Source: Fimbriimonadia bacterium (GTDB taxonomy: Bacteria > Armatimonadota > Fimbriimonadia > Fimbriimonadales > JABRVX01). From it: DNA of 64,000 nt. Within the stretch, counting starts at the first letter, position 1; every line of letters starts with the position of its first letter. The notes beneath the pieces were generated by a model. It searched no databases. It was given only the letters and a program-made list of their open reading frames with translations, and was not told the DNA's origin. Made by a program: the position numbers and the translations under genes. This document shows, in pieces, positions 19,412 to 29,781 of the stretch. The stretch spans positions 32,001 to 96,000 of the forward strand of contig JBGPGO010000007.1 of assembly GCA_041483895.1 (NCBI GenBank), read 5' to 3'.

Positions 19412-20737
19412 TCAAATGTCGATCTTGCTGCCAGATGTTGGCGCGATATCGAGGGCGAGTTCGATGGCCTGCTCCATTGTCAGCGCGCGTCCTTCCTGCC
19501 AGGCGGACGCGAAGGCTTCTTCGCCCAGAGCGGCGCGCGCGTCGGCGAGCTGAACGTCATGGCGGATGCGATCGTTCGGCGACAACGGTGAACCGCTTTG
19601 CACCCGCATCACCTCGACCGCGCTCCACAAACGCGCGGCCCGCGCCGCCTCCCCTTTCGAAAGCCAGAGAGCGGCAAAGGCCTGAAGCGAGTGTCCGATG
19701 AAGAAGGGGAGCCCAATTTTGCGAAGAATCGCCAAGCTCTGCTCATGCAGTTCTCTCGACGAGCCGAAGTCGCCCCGCTGTTGCGCGACGATTCCCAATT
19801 CGAGGAGCATGACCCCTATTCCCGGCCGGTCTCCAACCTCTCGCCGAATGGTCAAGCTTTCCTCAAAGAGGGCGCGCGCCGATTCGTAGTCGCCCCGTTC
19901 TTTTGCGATAATCCCTAGGTCGCCAAGCGAGTCCGCGATCCCGCGCCTGTCTCCCACCTCTCGCCGCAAGGTCAGGCTCTCTTCATAAAGCGCGAGCGCC
20001 GACTTCTGGTCGCTATGCGCTCTTGCGATGCCTCCAAGATTGTTGAGAGTGACCGCGATGCCCCGCTTGTCACCCAATTCTCGATAGAGCGACAGGCTCT
20101 CTTCATAAAATTCTCTCGCCGGCCCTAGATCGCCTTGCCGGCTGTAGGAGTTGCCCATATTGTTCAGAGAGCCGGCTATGCCCACCTCATCCCCTATCTC
20201 GCGAAAGACCGACAGGCTCTCCTCAAAGAGCGTCCGGGCTGCCCCATTGTCGTCCTGGAAGTGAGCCAAGCCGCCCGCCCCGTTCAACGCCTTCGCTCTC
20301 GCGGCCGTGCGACATCCACTTTCGTCCCCGGACAACACGATTCCGACCCGCTCGCGCCCCTCAACCAGATGCCCACGCACGGACCAGAAACGCCACAAGG
20401 CCCCAGCGAGACGCAGGGCCTCGGCGTCGTTCCGCAGCTCAAGGACTGATCTGAGGTTGTCATGATCGGACTCCAGTCGTTCCAGCCAAGCAGCCTGCTC
20501 CAGCCCCGTCAACTGCGGTTCCGCTTCCTCCGCCAGCGTCAAGTAGAAGCCACGGTGCCGGTCCCGAACGGCCTCGCCCTCGCCGCTCTCGAACAGACGA
20601 TCCCGCCCATACTGCCGCACGGTCTCCAATAGCCGATAGCGCGTCTGCCCGTTATCCTCTTCGGTCACAACGAGATTCTTGTCGACGAGGGAAGCGAGGA
20701 TTTCGCCTGCCTCGAAGGAGTCGATTGGCCCGCTCAT
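19412..20737 (-). CDS. Stand-alone winged-helix/TPR module (C-terminal half of a STAND ATPase), copy B
   Basis: Begins LASLVDKNLVV..RYRLLETVRQY; ~40-aa repeats EESL..REIGD..GIA..LNNLG; ATGA overlap with the upstream gene. Confidence 0.85.
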   Translation of the reverse strand: MSGPIDSFEAGEILASLVDKNLVVTEEDNGQTRYRLLETVRQYGRDRLFESGEGEAVRDRHRGFYLTLAEEAEPQLTGLEQAAWLERLESDHDNLRSVLELRNDAEALRLAGALWRFWSVRGHLVEGRERVGIVLSGDESGCRTAARAKALNGAGGLAHFQDDNGAARTLFEESLSVFREIGDEVGIAGSLNNMGNSYSRQGDLGPAREFYEESLSLYRELGDKRGIAVTLNNLGGIARAHSDQKSALALYEESLTLRREVGDRRGIADSLGDLGIIAKERGDYESARALFEESLTIRREVGDRPGIGVMLLELGIVAQQRGDFGSSRELHEQSLAILRKIGLPFFIGHSLQAFAALWLSKGEAARAARLWSAVEVMRVQSGSPLSPNDRIRHDVQLADARAALGEEAFASAWQEGRALTMEQAIELALDIAPTSGSKIDI

Positions 20738-22041
20738 GCCTCGTTCGCCTCTAATGCGAATTCAACAGCTTGTTCTGTCGTCATGAGGCGGCCCTCCTGC
20801 CATGCCTGGTAGAATGCGGCATCGTCTCCCATATCGGCCCGGGCTGAGCTCACGCGTCGATCGTACTTCGATATTTCGCACGGCATTAGGGGTGATCCGA
20901 TCTCTTTGCGTAGACGTTCCGACGCGCCCCAGATTTGGGCGGCTCGAGGAGGATGGGCGAGTGGCGCCAGTTGTTCCAGCGAGCCGGCGATGCCCCTCGG
21001 ATCACCAAGTTCCTGCCATATTTTCACACTCTCCTTGAGTAGCTGCTGTCCAGCAATGCGGTCATCCAGTTCTCCTGCCACAGCACCAAGGCCTTGAAGC
21101 GCATTGGCGATTGTCCGCCGGTCGCCAAGGTCCCGAGCGATGGTCAGGCTTTCAGATTGCAGCGCTTCGGACATCGAGTACTCGCCACGATGCAAGGCCA
21201 CAAACCCTAGGTTGCATAGCGCCATGGCAATACCCAACCTGTTGCCGGCTTCCCTCATGATCGCCAGGCTCTCCTGATGCATGGTCCAAGCGGTTGGGTA
21301 ATCGACCTGCTCGGTGGCCATAATGCCGAGGTTGCCCAGCGCAACAGCAACGCCATACCGGTCATCGAGTTCTCGAAAGATCGCGAGGCTCTCCTCGAAC
21401 ACGGCTCGCGCATTCAGATGATCGCCCTGTGCCTTCGCCACATTCCCGAGACTGTTCAGTGAAACGGCAACCCCGAGACGGTCGCCGAGTTCCCTCCTGA
21501 TCGCCAAGCCCTCTGCCAACAGCTCTAGAGCGGCTGTATAGTCGCCTTGCTGTGAGGCCAACGAACCGGCGCCGTTAAGCGCCAATGCACGGACCGACCC
21601 AGATTGTCCGCCCGGTTCGACAGCCAGAAGTCCGGTGAGCCAATCACGTCCTTCGCTGATATGCCCACGGATCCACCAGAATCGCCAGAGAGCACCGGCC
21701 AGCCGGAGGCCCAAATCATTTCCGTCACATTGCTCGCGGCACCATTTTAGAGCCGACCGAAGGTTGTCATGCTCTATTTCGAATCGTTCCAGCCAAACCC
21801 CCTGGTCGGGCCCCGACAACTGGGGCACGGCTTCTTCCGCAAAGGCCAGAAAGTTATCTCTGTGTTTAGTCCGCCACTCATCGCTCTCACCGGTCTCCAA
21901 CAAACGCTCTCCTGCGTACTGTCGCACGGTTTCCAACAGACGAAAGCGCGTATGTCCACCTTCCTCTTCAGTCACAACCAGATTCTTGTCGACAAACGAG
22001 CCGAGTAAGTCAAGGACTTCCCGGGTTTCTATGGCGTTCAT
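20734..22041 (-). CDS. Stand-alone winged-helix/TPR module (C-terminal half of a STAND ATPase), copy A
   Basis: Begins LLGSFVDKNLVV..RFRLLETVRQY; TPR repeats; ATG 1 nt after the upstream stop. Confidence 0.85.
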   Translation of the reverse strand: MNAIETREVLDLLGSFVDKNLVVTEEEGGHTRFRLLETVRQYAGERLLETGESDEWRTKHRDNFLAFAEEAVPQLSGPDQGVWLERFEIEHDNLRSALKWCREQCDGNDLGLRLAGALWRFWWIRGHISEGRDWLTGLLAVEPGGQSGSVRALALNGAGSLASQQGDYTAALELLAEGLAIRRELGDRLGVAVSLNSLGNVAKAQGDHLNARAVFEESLAIFRELDDRYGVAVALGNLGIMATEQVDYPTAWTMHQESLAIMREAGNRLGIAMALCNLGFVALHRGEYSMSEALQSESLTIARDLGDRRTIANALQGLGAVAGELDDRIAGQQLLKESVKIWQELGDPRGIAGSLEQLAPLAHPPRAAQIWGASERLRKEIGSPLMPCEISKYDRRVSSARADMGDDAAFYQAWQEGRLMTTEQAVEFALEANEA

Positions 22042-22042
22042 T

Positions 22043-23509
22043 TCACTCCGGATCCGAGCAGACGGATTCGGCTGCTTCGAGCGTCCAGCCGCCCGAGAAA
22101 ACGGACAGCCTACGCAACATCGTTTGTTCCTTCTCGCTCAGCAGGTCGTAGCTCCAGTCGATCAGCGCGCGCAGGGTCTGTTGTCGCGGCAGTGCGGTGC
22201 GGCTGCCGCCGGTGAGGAACCGGAAGCGGTCGTGCAGCCGATCATTGATTTCCTCCACCGAGAGCGCCCGCACCCGCGCCGCCGCAAGTTCGATTGCGAG
22301 CGGAATGCCGTCGAGATGGTGGCACAGCGAGACTAGCGCCGGCGCGTTTGCATTCGTTATCTCGAAGTCTAGGCGTGCCATGCGGGCGCGGTCGATGAAC
22401 AGTTGCGCCGATGCGAATTGCGAGAGCCGCTCGATCGTGTACGTCTGCTTCGGGTCCGGAGTCTCTAGCGAAGGGACTCGGTAGCTTTGCTCGCCCGTGA
22501 TGCCCAACGCCTCGCGGCTGCTGGCTAAGATCTTCACGCCAGGACATGAGCGAATAATTGCGTCCGCGACCTTTGCGCATTCTTCGAGCAGGTGCTCGCA
22601 GTTATCGAGCACGAGCAAGAGATTCTTTTTCTTAAGCCACTCGACCAGCGTCTGCGAAATCGATTTGCCTGGCTCTTCCTTCGCCCCCAGCACGTTTGCC
22701 ACTGCCTGCGGGACCAGATTAGGATCGCTGAGAGACGCCAATTCCACGAGCCATACTCCATCTCCGGTGCCATCCAGGAGATCGGCCGCTACCTGCACCG
22801 AGAGGCGGGTCTTTCCGCAGCCGCCGGAGCCGGTGAGCGTAACGAGGTGATTGGTTTCGACGAGACTTTTGACCTCCTCGACCGCCTTCTCGCGGCCGAT
22901 GAGCGAAGTGGTTTGTTGGGGCAGGTTGTTGGGGAGCTCGGGGTTGTTGAGTGAGCGCAATGGCGGAAAATCGTCTGGTAGATCAGGGTGTAGGAGTTGA
23001 AACACCGTCTCCAACCGCCCCAGGTCCTTCAGGCGGTGCTCGCCCAGATCTCGGAACATCACGGATTCCGGCAGGTTGTCGCGACACAGGTCGTAGGCCA
23101 CGCCAGAAACCAGGGTCTGACCGCCGTGTCCGATCGCGAGTAGCCGGGCGGTGCGGTTCAGCGGCTGGCCAAAGTAGTCCTCGTCGCGGAATTCGACTGC
23201 GCCGGTGTGCAATGCCATGCGAACTTTGATAGGTGTCCCTTCTGCCCACGGCTCCGATACCATTGCAAGCTGGGCGGCGAGAACCGCGGAGACCGCTTCC
23301 GGCGCCGTCGCGAACGCCGCGCAAAATGCGTCTCCAACTGTCTTGAAGATATGGCCCCGCGCGGCCGTTATGGCATCCCGAATCAGGGAGTCGTGACGAG
23401 CAACGGCCAGACGCATCTCTTCGGGTTGTGCCTCCCAGAGAGTTGTGCTCCCCTCGATGTCCGTGAACAAGAAGGTGACGGTACCGAAAGGAGGCTGTGC
23501 TGGGCTCAT
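22043..23509 (-). CDS. Class III adenylate/guanylate cyclase fused to NB-ARC/STAND ATPase, lacking the TPR half
   Basis: FTDIEGST, FKTVGDAF, RMALHTG, DYFGQPLNRTAR; Walker A GSGGCGKT, Walker B LLVLDNCEH, LDGIPLAIELAAAR. Confidence 0.92.
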   Translation of the reverse strand: MSPAQPPFGTVTFLFTDIEGSTTLWEAQPEEMRLAVARHDSLIRDAITAARGHIFKTVGDAFCAAFATAPEAVSAVLAAQLAMVSEPWAEGTPIKVRMALHTGAVEFRDEDYFGQPLNRTARLLAIGHGGQTLVSGVAYDLCRDNLPESVMFRDLGEHRLKDLGRLETVFQLLHPDLPDDFPPLRSLNNPELPNNLPQQTTSLIGREKAVEEVKSLVETNHLVTLTGSGGCGKTRLSVQVAADLLDGTGDGVWLVELASLSDPNLVPQAVANVLGAKEEPGKSISQTLVEWLKKKNLLLVLDNCEHLLEECAKVADAIIRSCPGVKILASSREALGITGEQSYRVPSLETPDPKQTYTIERLSQFASAQLFIDRARMARLDFEITNANAPALVSLCHHLDGIPLAIELAAARVRALSVEEINDRLHDRFRFLTGGSRTALPRQQTLRALIDWSYDLLSEKEQTMLRRLSVFSGGWTLEAAESVCSDPE

Positions 23510-23698
23510 GTCTCATTGTACTCCTTGCTACTGAGCGATACGAATGAAACGAGCAACCACGGCGCTTATTCAGCGACGAGGTCCTTCCGGGGCAGATTGG
23601 ATAGTTACCGAGCGTAACAATTCCCGATTTAAGCTTTAGGGCCGTCGTGAAATGGGCTCTCGAAAGAGACTTCTTAGGAGTCGTCCTCCTTGGCCTTA

Positions 23699-23726
23699 CC
23701 TATCGATAACGTCCATTTTCGATAGG
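23699..23726. repeat. 28-bp site S2
   Basis: CCTATCGATAA-CGTCCA-TTTTCGATAGG; spacer is the reverse complement of the S3 spacer. Confidence 0.85.
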
Positions 23727-23764
23727 TTGACCGTCGTGGCAACGGACCGTGGTCCAACCCGGCG

Positions 23765-24103
23765 CTAGCTTCCAAGAAGTCGAGCGAAATCCAAGATGTC
23801 GGCAACGAGTGCGTCATCGACCGAGTCAGTACCGTGTAGAACGAAGTGGTAACGGTGTTTTGGGCCGTAGACCTCAAATCGGCGTAGAATCGGGAGCGAT
23901 CCAAGGGGTTCGCGCCATAACATGATGCCTTGATCTTGGCTGCTGGCGTACAGAAGAATCCGCCGGCCTAAGACAATCTTGGCGTTGCGATCCGTTTGCC
24001 GATGATCGACCTCGATTGCAAGTCCTTCGGCTCGAATCCCCAGAAGCAAGGTTCCTAGAGCAGCCATCCGCCGATCGACGTCTACGTGGTCAACTGATGC
24101 CAT
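23765..24103 (-). CDS. Small hypothetical protein
   Basis: Open frame filling the gap downstream of hsdR; no recognised motif. Confidence 0.35.
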   Translation of the reverse strand: MASVDHVDVDRRMAALGTLLLGIRAEGLAIEVDHRQTDRNAKIVLGRRILLYASSQDQGIMLWREPLGSLPILRRFEVYGPKHRYHFVLHGTDSVDDALVADILDFARLLGS

Positions 24104-24120
24104 TGATGCCACCCTTCCAA

Positions 24121-27100
24121 TTAAGCCACCGCCCATTCACTACTCAAAGCCTCAGCTTGCTCCAAGACAGTCTGCGTCGCTTTCTCCTGCTTATCCGGCG
24201 GGTAGCCGTACTTGCGCAGTATCCGCTTGACAATCAGCCGCAAGTGAGCGCGGACGTTCTCACGGATGGTCCAGTCGATGGTCACGTTCGCCCGGACAGC
24301 CGTTACAAGTTCCTGCGCGATTGTCCGCAGCGTATCGTCGCCCAAGACCTTGACGGCAGAATCGTTCGTCTCCAAGGCATCGTAGAAGGCCAGCTCGTCC
24401 TCGGACAGCCCCATCTTCTCACCACGCGCCTCTGCTTCGCGCAGCTCCCGCGCTAGCTTGATCAATTCTTCAATGACTTGCGCAGCCTCAATCGCCCGGT
24501 TCCGGTACTTCCGAAGCGTGTCCTCAAGCATCTCGGCAAACGAACGCGCCTCTACCACATTCTTGCGCCCGCGCCTGCCAATCTCCCCCGCCAACAGTTT
24601 TCGAAGAAGCTCAACCGCCAAGTTCCGTTGCGGCATGTTGGCGACCTCAGCCAAGAACTCATCGGACAGGATCGATATGTCCGGCTTTTCCAGACCGGCG
24701 GCGGCGAAAACGTCCATTACCCCCTCGGATGCAATTGCTCGCGAAACGATCTGCCGCACCGCATGGTCGATCTCTTCTTCCGTCCGCGCCCGATCTGGAT
24801 CACCCTTGGAAAGCGCCGCCGCGACCGCCTGGAAGAACGCTACGTCGTCTCGAATCCGTAACGCCTCAGGATGCGGCACCGAAAGCGCAAACGCCTTCGA
24901 CAGATCCCGCGCCGCGCGCACGAACCGCTCCTTCCCATCCTCTTGCGCCAAGATGTGTTCCTGCGCTCCGGGGAGAAGGCTCAGCCGCTCACTGGGAGAC
25001 TGCGACATCCATGCCGACCAGTCGAATCCATGGAACATGCCGCAGCAGATCTCGTACTTCTCCAGCATGACGGCAACCGCTTCGTCCTGATCTAGAGCCG
25101 GTGCGCCGGTCCCACCGCTCTTGGTGTAGGTGGCCAGCGCTTGTTTCAACTCATGCGCGATACCGAGATAGTCCACCACCAACCCACCGGGCTTATCTTT
25201 GAACACCCGGTTCACCCGCGCGATTGCCTGCATCAGGCCGTGCCCGCGCATCGGCTTGTCCATATACATCGTGTGCAATGACGGCGCATCGAATCCCGTC
25301 AGCCACATATCGCGCACCAGCACGATTTTGAACGGATCGTCGGGATTGCGGAATCGATTAGCGAGCTTCTCGCGACGGCCCTTGTTGCGGATATGCTCCT
25401 GCCAATCGACAGTGTCGCTTGCCGAGCCGGTCATCACGACCTTCATGGCGCCCTTATCGTCGTCCGAGTTGCCCCACTCGGGTCGCAACTTCACAAGCTC
25501 TCCGTAAAGCTCGACGGCGATTCTGCGGCTCATGCACACGATCATCGCCTTGCCTTCCATCGCGTCAAGCCGCTGCTCATAGTGCTGAACGATGTCCTCG
25601 GCGATTAGCCGGATGCGCTTCTCCGACCCAACAATGGCTTCTAGCTGCGCCCATTTCGTCTTTAGCTTTTCCTTCTGCGATATCTCCTCGCCTTCGGTTA
25701 CCTCTTCGAACTTCGGATCGATCCTGGGCCGCTCTGCTTCATCGAGTTCGAGCTTCGCCAGCCGACTCTCGTAATAGATCGGCACGGTTGCCTGGTCCTC
25801 GACCGCCTGCCGAATGTCGTAAATGCTCATGTAGTCATCGAACACCGCCCGCGTATTCTTGTCTGTCAGTTCGACCGGTGTTCCGGTAAAGCCGATAAAC
25901 GATGCATTTGGCAGTGCGTCGCGCATATGGCGGGCGAACCCATCAATGAAATCGTACTGGCTCCGGTGCGCCTCGTCCGCGATGACGACGATGTTGTGCC
26001 GGTCCGATAGGACAGGATGCTGATCGCCTTTGTCTTCCGGGAAGAACTTATGGATCGTCGTGAACACGACTCCGCCGGCATTCACCGACAGCTTCTTCCG
26101 CAGGTCAGCGCGATCGGTCGCCTGAACCGGCGGCTGGCGCAGCAGTTCCTGGCAGGCGGAAAACACCCCGAACAGCTGATCGTCAAGATCGTTCCGATCC
26201 GTCAGAACGACCAGCGTCGGATTCTCCATCGCAGCTTCAGTAATAACGCGAACGGCATAGAAAGCCATCGTTAGGCTCTTGTCGGACCCTTGCGTGTGCC
26301 AGACGACGCCAATCCGCCGATCGCCCGGTTTGCCTCCTGCCTGGTGCTTTGCCATATAGCCGCTCTTCTGCTCCCGCACAACGTCCGTCCGCAATTGCGC
26401 CGTGCGAACCGTCTCCTCTATCCCAACATTGACAGCGTGAAACTGGTGGTATCCCGCCATCTTCTTGACGATCTTGCCACCGCCCGAATCTTCGAAGACG
26501 ATGAAATGCCTGAGCATCGAAAGCAGACGGCGTTTCTCGAAAATTCCTTGGATGACAACTTGCAATTCCGGTAACCTCGAATCCGCAACGCTATCTCCCG
26601 TGATCGCCTTCCACGGCTTGAACCACTCCTTCCCGGCGCTGAGGGTGCCGACGCGCGCCTGTAAACCATCGGAGATGACGAGCAGTTCGTTGAAAGAAAA
26701 GAGCGTCGGAAGCTCGGCCTTGTAAGTCGGAATTTGGTCATATGCCGTCCAGATGGTGGCATTCTCATCGGCGGCGTTCTTCAGTTCGAAAAGAGCAATC
26801 GGCAGTCCGTTGATGAAGACGACAATATCTTGTCGTCGGGTGTGCTTATTCTCAACGACGGTGTATTGGTTAACGGCCAGCCAGTCGTTGTTATCCGGAT
26901 TGTCAAAATCTATGATCCGAGCCTGCTCCCCCTTGATCGTTCCGTCGGCTCGCTTGAATTCCACGGTGACGCCGTCCACCAACATTCTGTGCAAGGCGCG
27001 ATTTCTTGTCTCGACCGTCGTTCCTTCGCTGCGGGCAATTTTCCGAAAGGCATTCTCAATTGCATCTACCGGCAGCGACGGGTTCAAAGTGACCAGTGCT

Positions 27101-27258
27101 TGTCGTAGCCTTACCTCGAGAATAACCTGTCCGTAATCCTCGCGCTAGGCGAACAGCCCTTCCGGTGCAATCTCCAAGCCGTTTTGGATAGCGTAGTCCA
27201 GGTCTTTCAGCCACGCAAGGGCGGCGTCCTCAACCTGTGATTCGACGAAGCTTGACAG
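24121..27258 (-). pseudogene. hsdR: Type I restriction enzyme R subunit, inactivated
   Basis: ELKN nuclease motif, [28 protein letters not shown]; in-frame TAG at 27145-27147; Walker A reads GSDKS instead of GSGKS; start codon appears as CTG. Confidence 0.9.
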
Positions 27259-27273
27259 TCCTGCACCCCAATG

Positions 27274-27743
27274 CTATTCAGTTGACAATTTCAAGTATAC
27301 AGTGTTTCCCGTGTGAGTATCGTAACGATGTACACTAACAAGCCCGCCTGCGACATAGTCGAACCACTTCTCGCCAGTAACAAGCACCAGTTTCGCGGCA
27401 CGGGCACAGGCAGCAATCCAAATGTCATTATCGCGATTGGGAACCGCTGGCTTGGATTCAATCTTGACTCTGTACTGAATCGCTGCATACGCATTGACGA
27501 CTTCGTCTCGGTGGATCTCAACCATCGTGGCCCTCCGAAGTCGATGCTGCTGTCAGATATCGTGCTCGTGTTCCAGTTTCTTTGCCTTGCAAGAAACGCT
27601 ACCTCACCGATTGTCACTGAGCTAATGAATATCGGTGTGTGCGATTGAAGCCCCAACTTCGAAGCAAGCTGTTGACCCACTTCGCGGTTGCGTGCAAGAT
27701 ATACGATCGCATTCGTATCAAGGAGATACTCGTGCTCTGGCAT
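27274..27743 (-). pseudogene. PIN-domain (VapC-like) nuclease, frameshifted
   Basis: YLLDTN and ISSVTIGE in one frame; NDIWIAACA..LVT in another; shift around 27540-27570. Confidence 0.8.
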
Positions 27744-27744
27744 G

Positions 27745-28698
27745 TTACCGAAGCGTCTCGAGGAGTTTCGTCAATTCCTCATCCGTCTCGTCGCCGGGCC
27801 AGGTCCCTATCCAATCACCGATCGTCAGTGCACCACGATTGCGAAGACGCAGCTCATTAATGATCGCTCCTGCGCTCGGCAATTCGGTGAACACGGCATC
27901 CCGAACCTCAGCAGGACGCACAACCATAGCTTCCAGCCGCAACTGCTTGCCGTTCGGCTTGTATATTAGATCCCCGTCGACCGCCACTGGTTCCCGACTA
28001 GTTATGTAGTGGCCAAGTCGCTCTGGATCGGAACCTACCCAAACTCCGCGCAGGCGTTCCTGACCATCTTTGATAAGAAGCTCAAACGAAGATTCGGAAA
28101 CACGGACCATATCGAGCCGTCCCACAATTCGGACTCTCTGCGGATCCGGAGTTTTCTCCAGCAGCAAACATGCGTGATCGGCTAGCGCCTTGTCAGCAGG
28201 CTCTCGTGTCGTACGGGCCACGTTGGGAAATGCGAGATATTCAACACCTTCCTTACCTGCTCCCTTCATTCTCGCAAAGTCCTCAAGTAGATCCGTGTCG
28301 TATCGACTGCTTTCCTCAACTTCGTGTTGAACATCGACGACCGCGTCCAGCAAATACTCAAATGCCGTGTCGTCTGGGTTAAGTGGTTCGCCAAAAAGTG
28401 CGGGTTGTTCAAGAAGCTTGGGTGCAGCTTCCTTTATGGTGGGTGCGCAATAAACTAACCCGTCTTGGGACCAGCCCTTTTCGAAGATCTCCCAAATCGG
28501 CCGAATGACGGATTCCGGCCTCCCAACTTTCCTGCTAATGGAAACGACGCGCATTCTTGTGCTTCGCCGGAGGCTCTCCTCGACCCAGCGCGACACAAAG
28601 CGCCCGGCGCGAGGGGTCGCCATCCCGTCGCGTACCCCGCGTCCTTTGACTTGCACCACTCTCTCAACTAGTTGCAGCTTCACACCTCCTCTGTTCAA
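27745..28698 (-). CDS. Hypothetical protein coupled to the PIN gene; start uncertain
   Basis: 317-aa ORF ending 1 nt before the PIN start; acidic C-terminus WPGDETDEELTKLL. Confidence 0.6.
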   Translation of the reverse strand: MNRGGVKLQLVERVVQVKGRGVRDGMATPRAGRFVSRWVEESLRRSTRMRVVSISRKVGRPESVIRPIWEIFEKGWSQDGLVYCAPTIKEAAPKLLEQPALFGEPLNPDDTAFEYLLDAVVDVQHEVEESSRYDTDLLEDFARMKGAGKEGVEYLAFPNVARTTREPADKALADHACLLLEKTPDPQRVRIVGRLDMVRVSESSFELLIKDGQERLRGVWVGSDPERLGHYITSREPVAVDGDLIYKPNGKQLRLEAMVVRPAEVRDAVFTELPSAGAIINELRLRNRGALTIGDWIGTWPGDETDEELTKLLETLR

Positions 28699-28753
28699 TA
28701 TACATCATTGGAATGGCGGCAAAACGCTCCAGTCTTACGTTTGAGACCAATTG

Positions 28754-29212
28754 TCATATGACTTCCGCAACTGCCCGCTCAGCATCGGCGATTCGGATCT
28801 TGCCAGAAATCAACTTTGGCACCAAGGTATCACGCAGAGTTGCAATGGTTCGTGACTCAAGGGCGTTTAAGACATATTTCGCCATGAGCGGTCCAATAAC
28901 GCCATCAAGAGCAAATATGTCCACTCGGACAAGCATATTGTCGCGCAGAAATGTCGCCTCGAAAATTGCCGGCACTTCGGTCGTCAGGATCTCGTGAGTT
29001 CTTTGGGCAGCATCCTCGTTCGACAACTCCCAAGTTGGTACGAGCACTCCACCCGGAAACAGTTCTTGCGCCAGGTTTCCGATGCGCTTCCCTGATTCCA
29101 TCCTTGCCTGTGTAGCGCTCGAAGGTGGAGCCTTCTCTTCCGGCATGTGGATTGTCATCCATAGTGCCTTCGGGCAGTTCTCGGCCGTAGTGAACAAAGA
29201 CTTTGTTAGCAT
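28754..29212 (-). pseudogene. Chimera of a DUF2779-like N-terminus and the C-terminal tail of HsdS
   Basis: MLTKS..CPKALW..G..IG.LAQELFPGG..IFEATF..VRVDI joined in frame to ESRTIATLRDTLVPKLISGKIRI. Confidence 0.7.
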
Positions 29213-29436
29213 GAGTTCAACCATTCGCTCTCTAGCTCTAATACTCGATAAGTGACCCAGATTCCTTTTCGGCCCTCGTATGATTCCGACTGCCGCTTTC
29301 AAAGCTGCCACGCGACCACTTTCAGGAGCCAGAGACCAAGGTGGTTGAGCGATCAATGCGTTGGATAATAACGGGTGCTCGACTCGTTGACCACTCCGAT
29401 TCGTCCAATTCGGCGTCAGAAGTCCGCCAGCGTCCA

Positions 29437-29464
29437 TCTGGGTGCGTGTCAAAATGAGTGTCAA
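29437..29464 (-). repeat. Tandem TTGACAC arm-type repeat
   Basis: Reverse complement TTGACACTCATTTTGACACGCACCCAGA is identical (28/28) to 49766-49793. Confidence 0.8.
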
Positions 29465-29525
29465 GCGGTCGAAATTGCAGGTTGAAAGGTTACGTCAGAA
29501 GGTTACAATTAGCTTCAAAAACGGC

Positions 29526-29570
29526 TGGCTCCTCGGGTAGGACTCGAACCTACGACCCGCTGATTAACAG
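29526..29570 (-). repeat. att core: inverted 45-bp copy of the tRNA-Asn 3' part
   Basis: Exact reverse complement of 2138-2182. Confidence 0.95.
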
Positions 29571-29673
29571 ATGCGAGGACCGCCGTCCATTACGCGACAC
29601 TTACGTCCGATTAGCGCACATACGTCCGCGACATCGTTCCGTTATGTATCCATAAGTCCGTAGGCGTCCATTA

Positions 29674-29697
29674 CAAAGCGTGTCAAATTGGTGTCAA
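29674..29697 (-). repeat. Tandem TTGACAC arm-type repeat
   Basis: Reverse complement TTGACACCAATTTGACACGCTTTG resembles 2241-2265. Confidence 0.7.
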
Positions 29698-29748
29698 CAG
29701 TCTTGGCCGCAGGGGCAGATGACGCTCACAGGAGAAATCGCAACCGCA

Positions 29749-29776
29749 GCTATCGATAATGGACGTTATCGACAGC
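29749..29776 (+). repeat. 28-bp site S3
   Basis: GCTATCGATAA-TGGACG-TTATCGACAGC; 5 nt from the SIR2 stop. Confidence 0.85.
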
Positions 29777-29781
29777 TGGCA

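Noticed and set aside
27145..27147. Amber codon in hsdR as pyrrolysine or readthrough
   Set aside because: Other genes here use TAG as a stop, and hsdR has further inactivating changes
29526..29600. Second tRNA-Asn gene
   Set aside because: Only the 3' 45 nt are present; the D arm and 5' acceptor strand are missing
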